Positions 48,239-58,148 of a DNA stretch of 64,000 nucleotides are shown here, in pieces. The stretch is from Fibrobacteria bacterium (GTDB lineage Bacteria > Fibrobacterota > Fibrobacteria > UBA11236): positions 1-64,000 of the forward strand of contig JBGTHM010000083.1 of assembly GCA_041746255.1 (NCBI GenBank), given 5' to 3'. The translations under genes and the position numbers were made by a program. The notes under the pieces are model-generated. The model had not been told where the DNA came from and searched no databases. It saw only the letters and a program-made list of their open reading frames with translations. Each line of letters opens with the position of its first letter. The stretch's first letter is position 1.

Positions 48239-50590
48239 TTGGGTGACCGGGAGGTTGGAACTTTGCGTAAATATCCCAGAATCATTGGCCTCGCCGCTCT
48301 TTCGTCGATTTTGCTCATCACCGCCGCGTCGCTCCTATGGGTGAAAAAACGCAATGCCGAGGCCGCGAATTCGGCTTATGCCTCCGCCTCAGGCGCCAAA
48401 TGGTCCCCGGCGGAGGGGGCGCTGCTACCCGAGTTCGTCGGCCGCGAAAGCTGCGCCAAATGCCATGAGGAACAGGCGCAGGCCTTTATGGGTTCGCATC
48501 ACGAGCGCGCCATGGACCATGCGAACGAGGCCACCGTCTTAGGCAACTTCGACGGGGACAGCCTCTCCCATCACGGCATGGTATCGCGTTTCTATCGCCG
48601 GGACGGAAAATTTCTCGTCGAGACCGAAGGCCCAGATGGTTCGCCGGAGGAATTCGAGGTCAAGTATACTTTCGGGGTAAAGCCGCTACAACAATACCTG
48701 GTGGAATTTCCCGGCGGTCGGCTGCAAGCCTTGAGTACGGCCTGGGATACCGAGAAACGGGAATGGTTCCACCTTTATCCCCATACGGAAATCGCCCCTG
48801 ACGACTGGTTGCATTGGACCCGCGACGGGCAGAACTGGAACGGCATGTGCGCCGACTGCCATTCGACCGGTTTTAAGCGCGGATACGACATCGAGAAAAA
48901 CGTTTTCAACACGAGCTTCAAGGAAATAAACGTAAGCTGCGAAGCCTGCCACGGACCGGGTTCCCATCACGTGGATTGGGCGGAGAGCGCGGCGTTGTCC
49001 CGTTGGATTTCCGGTCATGGGCCGGCCGATAATTATGGCCTCGTGGCCGACCATATGGGCGATTCGACTCATGCCGGGGCGAACGCGGAAATAATGGCTT
49101 GCGGCCGCTGCCACGCCCGGCGGTCGGCTCTGCAAACCGATTTCGGCCAACTCAAGAATTTCCTCGACGAGTATACTCCCGAACTATTGCGCGATAACAT
49201 CTACCACGGCGACGGGCAAATCGACGGCGAGGTTTTCGAATACGGTTCGTTTTTGCAAAGCAGAATGTACCATGAGGGCGTGCGGTGTACCGATTGCCAC
49301 GAGCCGCATAGCTTGAAGCTCCGCGCTCCGGGTAACGCGCTCTGTCTGCAATGCCACGAACCCGCCCGCTTCAACGTCGAAGCCCATTTCCGACACCCCA
49401 TCGGAACGCCCGGCAGCCGATGCATAGACTGCCACATGCCTTCGAAATATTATATGGAGGTTGACTTACGCCGCGATCACAGTTTTCGCGTTCCGCGTCC
49501 CGATCTCAGCGTGCAATTCGGAACGCCGAACGCTTGCACCCAATGCCATGCGGACAAGCCCGCGTCGTGGGCGGCGGAATGGGTGGAGAAATGGCATGGT
49601 CCCGAACGCAAGCCGCATTTCTCCGAACTGTTGGCCAAAGGGCGCTCGGGGGAGCCCGGTTCCGACACGGCCTTGGCGCGCCTGGCGGCCGAATCCGGAC
49701 ATCCGGCCATCGTGCGGGCTTCCGCGCTCGACCGTCTCACCCAATATATGGGTGATTTGGCGCGCAGCTCCCTGTTGCAAGCCGCCGGCGACAGCGAACC
49801 CCTGGTACGTCACGCCGCTGCAACCGGTATCCAGCAACTACCGGATGTGGATCGCATCGATGCCCTGACCCCGCTGCTGGGCGACAGCCTGCGTGCGGTG
49901 CGGGTCGCCGCCGCCTCCGCGCTGATTACGGCCTCGCCCTTGCTGCCCGACTCCGCGCGTCCGGATTATGCGAAGGCCCTGCGGGAGCATCGCGAGGCAT
50001 TGGATGCGAATGCCTACTTTCCCGGCGGTCGTTTCAACTTGGGCCAATACTACGATAAGCTGGGTCGTTCCGACAGCGCCATATCGGCTTATACCTCCGC
50101 CTTGGAATTGGACAACCGTTTCACTCCCGCCCGCATCAATCTGGCGCATATGCTCGAGCGTCTCGGCCGTTCCGCCGAGGCGGAGTTCCATTTCCGGGAA
50201 TCCATCCGCCTGACGCCCGACTTCGCCGACGCGTACTATTCCCTGGGTCTGCTGCTGGCGGGGCGGGGGAAATTGGATTCGGCCGCCGTCTACTTGGCAT
50301 CGGCTTCGGAACGGCTTCCCGGCAACGCCCGAGTCCACTATAACCTTGGACTGGTACTGCAAAAGCTGGGAGCCAACGAGGGGGCGGTGAAAGCGCTTAC
50401 GAACGCCGTAGGGGTTTCCGGGGGGGAGCCCGATTTTCTCTATGCCCTGGCCTGGTTGCATTCCACGCTCGACCAATGGGACCAAGTGGAAACCCTGGTT
50501 TACCAATTGGCGACCCTGGCGCCCAACTACCCCGGTTTGTCGGGTTTGCTGGGGGAAATGGCCCGACGACGCGGTCCCCCGAGTAATTAG
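48239..50590 (+). CDS. Membrane-anchored octaheme cytochrome c with HEAT and TPR repeats
   Basis: Eight CxxCH motifs (CAKCH, CADCH, CEACH, CGRCH, CTDCH, CLQCH, CIDCH, CTQCH); N-terminal TM segment; HEAT/TPR C-terminus. Confidence 0.85.
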   Translation: MGDREVGTLRKYPRIIGLAALSSILLITAASLLWVKKRNAEAANSAYASASGAKWSPAEGALLPEFVGRESCAKCHEEQAQAFMGSHHERAMDHANEATVLGNFDGDSLSHHGMVSRFYRRDGKFLVETEGPDGSPEEFEVKYTFGVKPLQQYLVEFPGGRLQALSTAWDTEKREWFHLYPHTEIAPDDWLHWTRDGQNWNGMCADCHSTGFKRGYDIEKNVFNTSFKEINVSCEACHGPGSHHVDWAESAALSRWISGHGPADNYGLVADHMGDSTHAGANAEIMACGRCHARRSALQTDFGQLKNFLDEYTPELLRDNIYHGDGQIDGEVFEYGSFLQSRMYHEGVRCTDCHEPHSLKLRAPGNALCLQCHEPARFNVEAHFRHPIGTPGSRCIDCHMPSKYYMEVDLRRDHSFRVPRPDLSVQFGTPNACTQCHADKPASWAAEWVEKWHGPERKPHFSELLAKGRSGEPGSDTALARLAAESGHPAIVRASALDRLTQYMGDLARSSLLQAAGDSEPLVRHAAATGIQQLPDVDRIDALTPLLGDSLRAVRVAAASALITASPLLPDSARPDYAKALREHREALDANAYFPGGRFNLGQYYDKLGRSDSAISAYTSALELDNRFTPARINLAHMLERLGRSAEAEFHFRESIRLTPDFADAYYSLGLLLAGRGKLDSAAVYLASASERLPGNARVHYNLGLVLQKLGANEGAVKALTNAVGVSGGEPDFLYALAWLHSTLDQWDQVETLVYQLATLAPNYPGLSGLLGEMARRRGPPSN

Positions 50591-50716
50591 CCTTGCCGTA
50601 ATCGCAAAATTCCCCAAAATTTCTGACCATTCCCTGGAAATTCCGCCGCCCATTATGGGTCCAGTGCGGCTTTCCTTTTGGTGATTTTTGCTATGACCGT
50701 GAAAACCGGGAAATTG

Positions 50717-51037
50717 GCGGCCAATCGATTCCCTAACGCATAATGGCCGCTGGGATCGGTCCTAGGCCGATTCGGCTCGAGCCTGGATTGCGTTCGTTGC
50801 TTTTTTCACCCCTTGGGTGGCGCGGTTATTTCGGGAGATTGGAAATTGGTTTCCAGCCTATCGTGAGGCTGGGAGCTCTTTAGACTTAATCAGGACCTGA
50901 CCGAAACGAAGGATTTGTTCGCGTCCGAGAAAGCGAAAGCGGATGAATTATTAAAACTGTGGAAAGCCTACGAAGCGGAGAAGAATGTCGTCGTGGAAAA
51001 GGGAGTTCCCTCCCCGGTCTATGAGCCCCATAAATAA
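50717..51037 (+). pseudogene. Decayed 3' end of an arylsulfatase paralogous to 56055-58121
   Basis: Nucleotide similarity to about 57800-58121 (for example CAGGACCTGACCGAAACGAAGGAT.TGTTCGC.TCCGAGAAAGCGAA), with indels and a stop upstream. Confidence 0.85.
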
Positions 51038-51125
51038 ACGAGCCCCTCGACAAACGGAATTGTTGGAGGCGGACTGCGGCGGGTTGCTTTCCGCGCCGCT
51101 TCTCCCAATCCCTCCAAAGACCCGA

Positions 51126-53003
51126 CTACAAAACCAGGTGGACGCGATTCAGCGTCCCGACCGGCGTTTTAATCACGACTGCGTAGACTCCCCTCTTAAG
51201 CGAAGACGGGAGAAGGTAATTCGAGACGCCGCTCAACTTGACGGTCGAGAGGACTTGTCCGTCCGGGGCCACCAGGGAAACCTGGTGGTCGCCGAGAACG
51301 TTGATGTGAACGCGTCCCTGCTGGAAGGTAACTCCGGGTAAACCGGCTTCGGTTCTCGCGGCGATTCGGGCCGTACCTGATTTGTTGCATTGCAAACCGT
51401 CGTCGTACACCGCCTGCGCATTGAACGCGGGATTGTTTTTATCCATACATCCCAAAAAATCGGCGGGACCGTGGTTGTTAAGCGTATACCATGCCAAATT
51501 ATGCAGTATCGGAGTTCCGCTGCTCGCTGCGTTGATGTTGGATAGGGTAAACCTGAAAAACGTGGACTTCATGGATAATTGCGGATGGTGGGCCATATCC
51601 GCAGGGGCCAGCTCAAGCGTCACGAAACGGCCGTCCGGCGACAAAGTCGCGTTTTGCACCGCCGGCGTGGTCGGAAATTCCTTATTACCCGCACCGTAAG
51701 CGGCCTGTGGCTTGAATCCCCAACGGTCGATTTTATAATTGGCCTTGTTGCCAGCCGTCGCAGCCGCGGGTTGGGTGAACTCGATTTCGAATCCCGTGGC
51801 CTTTGCCCGGATGGCCTTCATTTCAAAGGCGACCTTACCGTTCTCTTTGATTTTTTGCAGACCGGTAAACTTATTGTTCCAACTCCAATTGCCCGCCCCG
51901 CCCAGATTTTGCGTACCGCCGCCGGCTGCTCCGATATAAATGGAACTGTCGGGACCGTATTCCAGGCGGTTGGGACCGGCTTCCAGCGCCGCGCCTTCTA
52001 TGAATGGAAAAACCACTCCCTGATATTCGCCTTTGACCCTTTCGACGAAAATACGGCGAATCGCCCCGAGCCGGACGTCCCCATAGATGAATTGGCCGGT
52101 GAACTGCCCGAAGGTTAACCAGAGTGGTTCGGCCGGCGAAAACGCGCTTTCACCTTTCGGCATCCAGACTACGGGAGGAGATTCGGGTTGGTCCTGGAAG
52201 GCATTATCACCTTTATTGTGGCCGTAATTGCGGCCAAACCGCTGGTTGATCAGTTTGTTCGCCGGCAACCATTGGCCCTGGTTATCGGTGGAAAAAAACT
52301 GGCCTTCCGGTCCGAAGGCCATCCCGTTGGCATTCCGCATCCCTCCTGCGAAATGACTGTGGGTTTTGGTTTTGAGATCGACCTTGAGAAGGGCGCCTCG
52401 ATCCGGACCGTTCTTCCGTGGGGGGTGGATGCCGGTATTGAAATAAAATGCGCTGTCCTTATAAAGAAAGCCGAAGGAAAAGTCATGGTGGTTCCCGTCC
52501 TCGTAATCCCACTTGTCATACACGTTTTGCAGGGTCACCTTGCCGGTGTAATTCCCGGTTTTGGTATCGTCCACCACGCGGGTAAGCTGGTTTTTCTGGA
52601 GTAAATACAGCGTGCCGTCCACCAGGCGAAGCCCGAGAGGCTCGCGGAATCCTTCCGCCAATTTGACGGGGACTACTCCGCTGGGATTTTTGGCGTCGAC
52701 CACGCCCGACAATCTCCATAATTCCCCTTCCGACCGCTGGCTGCCGCCCCAAGTGCAGATTGCCAGGTCTCCGGAAGGGAGAAAGGCCATTCCTCCGATA
52801 CCCACAGGCTTGAATTCGGAAGGCGTACCTACGCCCGGCCGCAGATTGACTAGGTCGAAACCGGGGTGCAAATTTTGGCTGAAACCCAGGCCTAAGGCGA
52901 TACATCCCACTATTGCCAGGCTCATTCCGATATTTCGGGAGGTCCGAATTTTCCTGGGATGGGAGGTCGGTTTCCGCTGCGCAAAAAGAAATTTATTGAA
53001 CAT
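51126..53003 (-). CDS. Secreted beta-propeller dehydrogenase-like protein with GCM module and CTD
   Basis: GMRNANG, DNQGQW, YQGVVF, AWYTLN, GCMD...C, GVYAV tail. Confidence 0.7.
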   Translation of the reverse strand: MFNKFLFAQRKPTSHPRKIRTSRNIGMSLAIVGCIALGLGFSQNLHPGFDLVNLRPGVGTPSEFKPVGIGGMAFLPSGDLAICTWGGSQRSEGELWRLSGVVDAKNPSGVVPVKLAEGFREPLGLRLVDGTLYLLQKNQLTRVVDDTKTGNYTGKVTLQNVYDKWDYEDGNHHDFSFGFLYKDSAFYFNTGIHPPRKNGPDRGALLKVDLKTKTHSHFAGGMRNANGMAFGPEGQFFSTDNQGQWLPANKLINQRFGRNYGHNKGDNAFQDQPESPPVVWMPKGESAFSPAEPLWLTFGQFTGQFIYGDVRLGAIRRIFVERVKGEYQGVVFPFIEGAALEAGPNRLEYGPDSSIYIGAAGGGTQNLGGAGNWSWNNKFTGLQKIKENGKVAFEMKAIRAKATGFEIEFTQPAAATAGNKANYKIDRWGFKPQAAYGAGNKEFPTTPAVQNATLSPDGRFVTLELAPADMAHHPQLSMKSTFFRFTLSNINAASSGTPILHNLAWYTLNNHGPADFLGCMDKNNPAFNAQAVYDDGLQCNKSGTARIAARTEAGLPGVTFQQGRVHINVLGDHQVSLVAPDGQVLSTVKLSGVSNYLLPSSLKRGVYAVVIKTPVGTLNRVHLVL

Positions 53004-53140
53004 ATTTGTCCTACAGATTGAAGACTCTAGAGGCACCCTAAGTCGCGATAATTAGAGGTGGAAACTAAAGAGGGTGCGATTGGGAATGGGACAAATTTGA
53101 ACCTATTCCGAAGCATAAGATAAGGGAAGGCTTGCCGGCA

Positions 53141-53170
53141 AAGTTTTGTTTTTTATAAAAAACAAAACTT
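53141..53170. promoter_or_regulatory. Perfect 30-bp palindrome containing a TGT-N12-ACA box
   Basis: AAGTTTTGTTTTTTATAAAAAACAAAACTT between divergent genes. Confidence 0.7.
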
Positions 53171-53339
53171 GAGAAATTAATGAAATAATTTAGAAATTTA
53201 GGGTTATTTTAAGCCCTCCTTACCGGAATTGGAATAGGTTAGGCTGAAAAGCTCCAGGAAATGAGATAGCTTATGCGTGCGTCCCTAATCGGGACATGAG
53301 ATGTTTTCGGGTTCTAATAAGTTGCGTTATGGGAGGTTT

Positions 53340-55208
53340 ATGAGAATTCTTTCCGGGAAAGTATTACCGGCGTTCCTTTTCTTTTCGTCAATAGGAATAG
53401 TCAAAGGTCAAATTTCGTTTCAGGGCACGGTAGTCGACCCAGGAAACAAGCCGTTGGGCCAATGCGAAGTTTCTTTCCTGCAATCCCCGCAAACCGCCCT
53501 TACCGACAATCAGGGGAAATTCTCCCTAGCGGGCACCTCCGTTCGAGGGCGACGCTCCCTTACGCCGGGTCCAAGCATGGTCAACGGAAGCATATCCTTC
53601 GAACTCTCGAGGAACCACGGAGAGGTCGATTTGGCTTTGTCCGATGTTTCGGGAAGAGTTTTGGAAAGTTTCTCCCAAAAACTTTCCGCCGGCAGACACA
53701 CGATTGATTTTAAGGACCGCCTGAAAAAGCATCCGACCGTCGGAATATTGAATTTTTCGCTGGAGGGCAAGAAATACTCCTTTCCGATAGCACCGATCAC
53801 CGAAAGCGCCGGGTCGCTGGCAGAAATACCGGGTCGGGCCTCGGAACCGGAACCTTTGCAAAAAACCGCGCAAGCGAATCCGGACAGTTTGATGGTGAGG
53901 TGCCAGGGATTCGCCCCCTCGGTATCGGCGCTTCCATCGAATCCTTCCGCGGCGCTCGAGGTGAAGGTCAAGCGACCCAATATCGTGGTGATTTTAGCCG
54001 ATGATATGGGATACGGGGATTCGCCGGTTTTCTGGGATAAAGCGCGCATGCAAACGCCCCAAATCGAGAAGCTTGCCCAAAAAGGCATTAAATACACGAA
54101 TTACCATGTAAATCCCTTGTGTACTCCGACACGTTTCAATTTTCTGTCCGGACAAGGCTCGGGCAAATCAGGGGATATGGATCTCAAATATATTCCGCAA
54201 ATGCTGAAGGAACAGGGCTACGTCAACGGCTTAATCGGAAAATGGCACTTGGAATCCCATCCGGTCGACCGGGCTTTCGATAAGTACATCGGATTTCTGG
54301 GCGCCGTGAAGCCCTACAATTTGAAGGCCGGGAGTACCTTGGAAGAAGGCAAGACAGGCGTCTATAAAATCACCGAAGATAGGCATATCACCGACATATT
54401 GGCGGATGAGGCGATTAATTTCGTGCGTTCGAACCAGGACAACCCGTTTTTCCTGTACTTAACCTTCAATGCTCCCCATCAACCGCTGTATACCGAAGAC
54501 CGGAAGGCCTTTTCGGGCAGGTCGGACTGGCTGCAAAAAATGCGGGATCGGGGACTGACCGATCCGCTGGACCTGGATTATTTCGCGATTGTCGAACATA
54601 TGGACGACCGCATCGGCGACGTGGTGGACGCGATCGACAGCCTGAACCTCGCCTCGCAAACGCTGGTGATTTTTTTCAGCGACAACGGCCCGCTAACCCG
54701 CACCTATACATACAGTGAACTGGCCTCCGGACACTCCGGTCCCTACCGGGCGGGTAAGGCGACCGTGTACGAGGGTGGGCATCGCGTTCCCTTCGTCGCG
54801 CGCTGGCCACATTCCATTCCGGCCGGTACGGCATCCGATGATTTCACCTGCCATTGGGATTTGATGCACACTTTCCGGGAAATGGCCGGAATGGCGAAAA
54901 TCACGAAAAATGGGCCCGCAACCTTGAGTGGCCGCTCCTTGTTGGCGCACCTGCAAAGCGGGGGCGAGTCGAGCGTCGCACCCATTCCATTCCCCATGTC
55001 GTCCATAGGTTCCAAATCGCTTACCAAAGGGGATTACAAAATGGTGGAGGTGAAGGGTTACCCGAAACAACCGCCCAGTCCTTACGCAGAGAAGCCTACG
55101 AATGGCCCGGTGCTGTTCAACCTGAAGGAAGACCCCGGCGAGACCACGGATATTTCCAAGTTGGAACCGGAAAAATTCAAGGAGCTGAAGGCGGAGGGGA
55201 ATTTCTAA
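53340..55208 (+). CDS. Arylsulfatase-like enzyme with N-terminal accessory module
   Basis: GGGAGG RBS; PNIVVILADDMGYGD, CTPTR, GKWHL, SDNG, GK..VYEGG.RVP. Confidence 0.88.
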   Translation: MRILSGKVLPAFLFFSSIGIVKGQISFQGTVVDPGNKPLGQCEVSFLQSPQTALTDNQGKFSLAGTSVRGRRSLTPGPSMVNGSISFELSRNHGEVDLALSDVSGRVLESFSQKLSAGRHTIDFKDRLKKHPTVGILNFSLEGKKYSFPIAPITESAGSLAEIPGRASEPEPLQKTAQANPDSLMVRCQGFAPSVSALPSNPSAALEVKVKRPNIVVILADDMGYGDSPVFWDKARMQTPQIEKLAQKGIKYTNYHVNPLCTPTRFNFLSGQGSGKSGDMDLKYIPQMLKEQGYVNGLIGKWHLESHPVDRAFDKYIGFLGAVKPYNLKAGSTLEEGKTGVYKITEDRHITDILADEAINFVRSNQDNPFFLYLTFNAPHQPLYTEDRKAFSGRSDWLQKMRDRGLTDPLDLDYFAIVEHMDDRIGDVVDAIDSLNLASQTLVIFFSDNGPLTRTYTYSELASGHSGPYRAGKATVYEGGHRVPFVARWPHSIPAGTASDDFTCHWDLMHTFREMAGMAKITKNGPATLSGRSLLAHLQSGGESSVAPIPFPMSSIGSKSLTKGDYKMVEVKGYPKQPPSPYAEKPTNGPVLFNLKEDPGETTDISKLEPEKFKELKAEGNF

Positions 55209-55339
55209 CCCAAGGGGATCGATCTCCGGCAAAACCATACAGCCACCGGGCAGTGGCACCACCCCGGTTCCGGATCGAATGGCGGTCTCCCGCGGGTATG
55301 CGGAGTTATTTCACGCTGTTGTTCTTGGGAACCACTTTG

Positions 55340-55681
55340 CATGATGGCGTCGAGAATATCGGATTTCCCCGATTGTTTCCGTCGCATCGACCTTCTCGTA
55401 GAATCCAAAGGGATTCATTTGAATCATGCCGAGCGATTCCAGTAGCGTGATGGCGGCTTTGGCCTGAACGGGGGTGATGGCCGGGACGATGGTTTTCGCG
55501 AGTTCCTTGAAATCACCCTTGAAACGATAACTATCTAAAATTTCAGGGATGGCGATATAATACCATTCAATACCATTCAATACCATTCCCCGAAATATTC
55601 GAATTGACGCTCTTCCAACGGCTTCAACTCGGTTCTTTTCAGGGAAACCCGAATGTCGAGATACCTATAAATGTCGATCAT
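55340..55681 (-). pseudogene. Internally deleted TIGR02147 paralog
   Basis: MIDIYRYLDIR joined directly to VSLKRTELKPLEERQFEYFGEWY, then YRFKGDFKELAKT.VPAITP.QAKAAITLLESLGMIQ, near-identical to 21528-22355. Confidence 0.85.
55559..55588. repeat. 10-bp tandem repeat x3 (AATACCATTC)
   Basis: Read directly from the sequence; introduces TGA stops and a frameshift in the TIGR02147 relic. Confidence 0.9.
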
Positions 55682-55813
55682 TTGTCCTTCGATGCCTTCC
55701 ACCTTGAGTCATGAGAGAGCGCCGGCCCGGCCAGGCGGGAGTCTTCGGGTAGCGCCATAATGACCTTAAGGTTGTGAGGCCGGCCGGTGGAAGCCTGTCG
55801 GGCACAGGAAAAC

Positions 55814-55831
55814 TGTTTTTTTAAAAGAACA
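55814..55831. promoter_or_regulatory. TGT-N12-ACA box upstream of the TIGR02147 relic
   Basis: TGTTTTTTTAAAAGAACA, 132 bp before the relic ATG at 55681. Confidence 0.65.
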
Positions 55832-56054
55832 GGTAAGCAGGATCCACACCCGATTTAAGGGAGTGGCGTAACCCGTTTACATGCTGATTTTAGGGGTATA
55901 ATTGCGTTTTTTAATGAAACGTAGACTCCTTTTGTCGCCATTCCCGGTTTTTTCGCTTTCAACAGGCTCGGATCCCCGAGTGTAAATGGACTGCCTTAAA
56001 ACGTCGCTTGGCGTATTATTACACAGCCAAACTATCGGCCTTGAAAGGGTAAAT

Positions 56055-58121
56055 ATGAGATATCCTGTTGGGTTTCTTCTCCCGGTCCTATTCGTTTTTT
56101 CGGCAACGGCTTTCGAGCTCAAAGGCCGTTTGGTAAGCGAAAATGGAGCGCCATTCGCCAGTTGCCAAGTCGAATTGGCCCATTCAACTCAGAAGTTGAC
56201 TACCGGTGCCGACGGGCAGTTCGCCTTGACCGGCGTCGCCTCCGTGCACCCGCGTTCCTCCTCGCCCATAGGATTCGAAGCCCGTTTCCGGGGCGATAAC
56301 CTTGCCCTCCGGGTTCCGTCCGGCACCCCCGGCTCACAAGGATCCGTAGAAGCCTTTTCCGCCCAGGGAGCCCGCCTCTTTTCGCGTCCCTTCACCGCCG
56401 GGGAAAACGGCGAAGCCTCTCTGAACCTTGCCGCGGACCTACGCAACGGCGCCGCCCAAGCCATCCAATTCTTCAGGGTTTCGGCCGAAGGGCAATCGGA
56501 AACCTTCGCCGCCGTTGGGCGCTCCGCGGCCCTTGCGTCTCCCGTTATGTCCAAGCCCGAACCCGCTTGGGTTCTCTCGAAGGTCTCCGCTCCCGGAATG
56601 GACACCGTGGTTGTTCAATGCCCGGGATTTCCCGCCAGGCGATTGGCGGCCTCATCGCCCAACCTGGGCGATATCCGCATCGCCCGGCCCAATATCATCC
56701 TTATGATGCTGGACGACATGGGCTATTCGGACCTCGGGTCCTATGGCAGCGAAATCAGCACCCCAAATCTGGATAAACTCGCGGCAGAAGGACTCCGGTT
56801 CCGACAATTCTTCAATTCCGGAAAATGTGAATCTACGCGCGCCTCGCTGGTTTCGGGTTTGTACTGGCATGACGCCAAATTGGGCATCAAAAGCGGCATC
56901 ACCTTGGGGGAGGCCATGAAGGGCGCGGGCTACACCACCATGACGGTGGGCAAGTGGCATCTGGACGGCAACCCGCATGACAGGGGTTTCGACCGGGCTT
57001 TCGGCCACCTTTCCGGGGCCGCGGATTATTTCAATCCGGGAACCGGTCGGGAATACCATCTTGATGGCAAGCCTTATTCCAAGCCCGCGGGTGCCAAAGA
57101 CTGGTACATCACGAATGTGAATACCGATTTCGCCATGCAATTCATTGAGGAAGAGAAAACCAAAAATCCCAACAAGCCGGTATTTCTGTATTATGCCCCC
57201 AACGCCCCTCACAACCCCTTGCAGGCGCTTCCCAAAGATATCGCCAAGTACCGGGGCAAATACATGAAGGGCTGGGACAAGCTCAGAGAGGAACGCTACC
57301 AGCGTCAGCTCGACATGGGTCTTTTCACCCGGGAAACCGCCCCCCTGTCCGATAAAAACAAGGACATTCCGGCGTGGAGTTCGCTCATCCCCCGGCACCA
57401 GGACATCGAGGACAGCACCATGGCCATCTACGCGGCCATGATGGACAACGTGGACCAGAACGTGGGCAGGATCATGGCCAAACTGCGCGAGTTGGACATC
57501 GACGACAATACCCTGATATTGTTCATGAGCGACAACGGCGCCAATGGCTTCACCTACCGTTACGGAGCATTGGGGACGGGTAATTGGGGCTACGGGGCGG
57601 CCTGGGCCAACCTGAGCAACACGCCTTACCGTTTGTACAAGCGCGCGCAACACAATGGCGGCAATTGCACGCCGCTCATCGCCTGGTGGCCCGGCGTCAT
57701 CAGCCAGGCCGGAGGGTTCACCGATTACCGCGGGCATATCATCGACATGATGCCCACGTTCCTTGATTTGGGCAAGGGGACATACCCTAAGACCTTCGCG
57801 GGCCAATCGATTCCGCCCTTGCCGGGAAAAAGCCTGGCGCCTCTGTTTGAGGGCAAAGCCCTGGATCGGGGCAACCCCCTGTTTTTTCACCTAATCGATC
57901 AGCAAGCGGTCATTTCGGGCGACTGGAAATTGGTTTCCGGTCCTACGGGAGGGTGGGAACTGTATCGACTTAACCAGGACCTGACCGAAACGAAGGATCT
58001 GTTCGCCTCCGAGAAAGCGAAGGCTGACGAAATGATTAATCTTTGGAAGGGCTACGAATCGGAGAAAAGAGTGGTGATGAACGAAGGGGCGGGTTCGCCG
58101 GTGTACGAGCCGCATAACTAA
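56055..58121 (+). CDS. Arylsulfatase with N-terminal accessory module
   Basis: PNIILMMLDDMGYSD.G.YGSEI.TPNLD.LA, CESTR, GKWHL, APH.PLQA, SDNGA, WANLSNTP. Confidence 0.9.
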   Translation: MRYPVGFLLPVLFVFSATAFELKGRLVSENGAPFASCQVELAHSTQKLTTGADGQFALTGVASVHPRSSSPIGFEARFRGDNLALRVPSGTPGSQGSVEAFSAQGARLFSRPFTAGENGEASLNLAADLRNGAAQAIQFFRVSAEGQSETFAAVGRSAALASPVMSKPEPAWVLSKVSAPGMDTVVVQCPGFPARRLAASSPNLGDIRIARPNIILMMLDDMGYSDLGSYGSEISTPNLDKLAAEGLRFRQFFNSGKCESTRASLVSGLYWHDAKLGIKSGITLGEAMKGAGYTTMTVGKWHLDGNPHDRGFDRAFGHLSGAADYFNPGTGREYHLDGKPYSKPAGAKDWYITNVNTDFAMQFIEEEKTKNPNKPVFLYYAPNAPHNPLQALPKDIAKYRGKYMKGWDKLREERYQRQLDMGLFTRETAPLSDKNKDIPAWSSLIPRHQDIEDSTMAIYAAMMDNVDQNVGRIMAKLRELDIDDNTLILFMSDNGANGFTYRYGALGTGNWGYGAAWANLSNTPYRLYKRAQHNGGNCTPLIAWWPGVISQAGGFTDYRGHIIDMMPTFLDLGKGTYPKTFAGQSIPPLPGKSLAPLFEGKALDRGNPLFFHLIDQQAVISGDWKLVSGPTGGWELYRLNQDLTETKDLFASEKAKADEMINLWKGYESEKRVVMNEGAGSPVYEPHN

Positions 58122-58148
58122 ATAGCATGCCATTGATCTGAGACATTT

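Noticed and set aside
55559..55588. Short repeats as a possible CRISPR array
   Set aside because: Contiguous 10-bp units without spacers, and no cas genes. No CRISPR array was seen anywhere in the window.
55905..55921. CGTTTTTTAATGAAACG as another palindromic box
   Set aside because: 17 bp, one base short of the consensus spacing, so it was left out of the count.
35624..57890. Long alternative-frame ORFs (35624-36607, 39378-40367, 46563-47498, 49838-50653, 56652-57890)
   Set aside because: Antisense to well-supported genes in GC-rich DNA, with no recognisable motifs.
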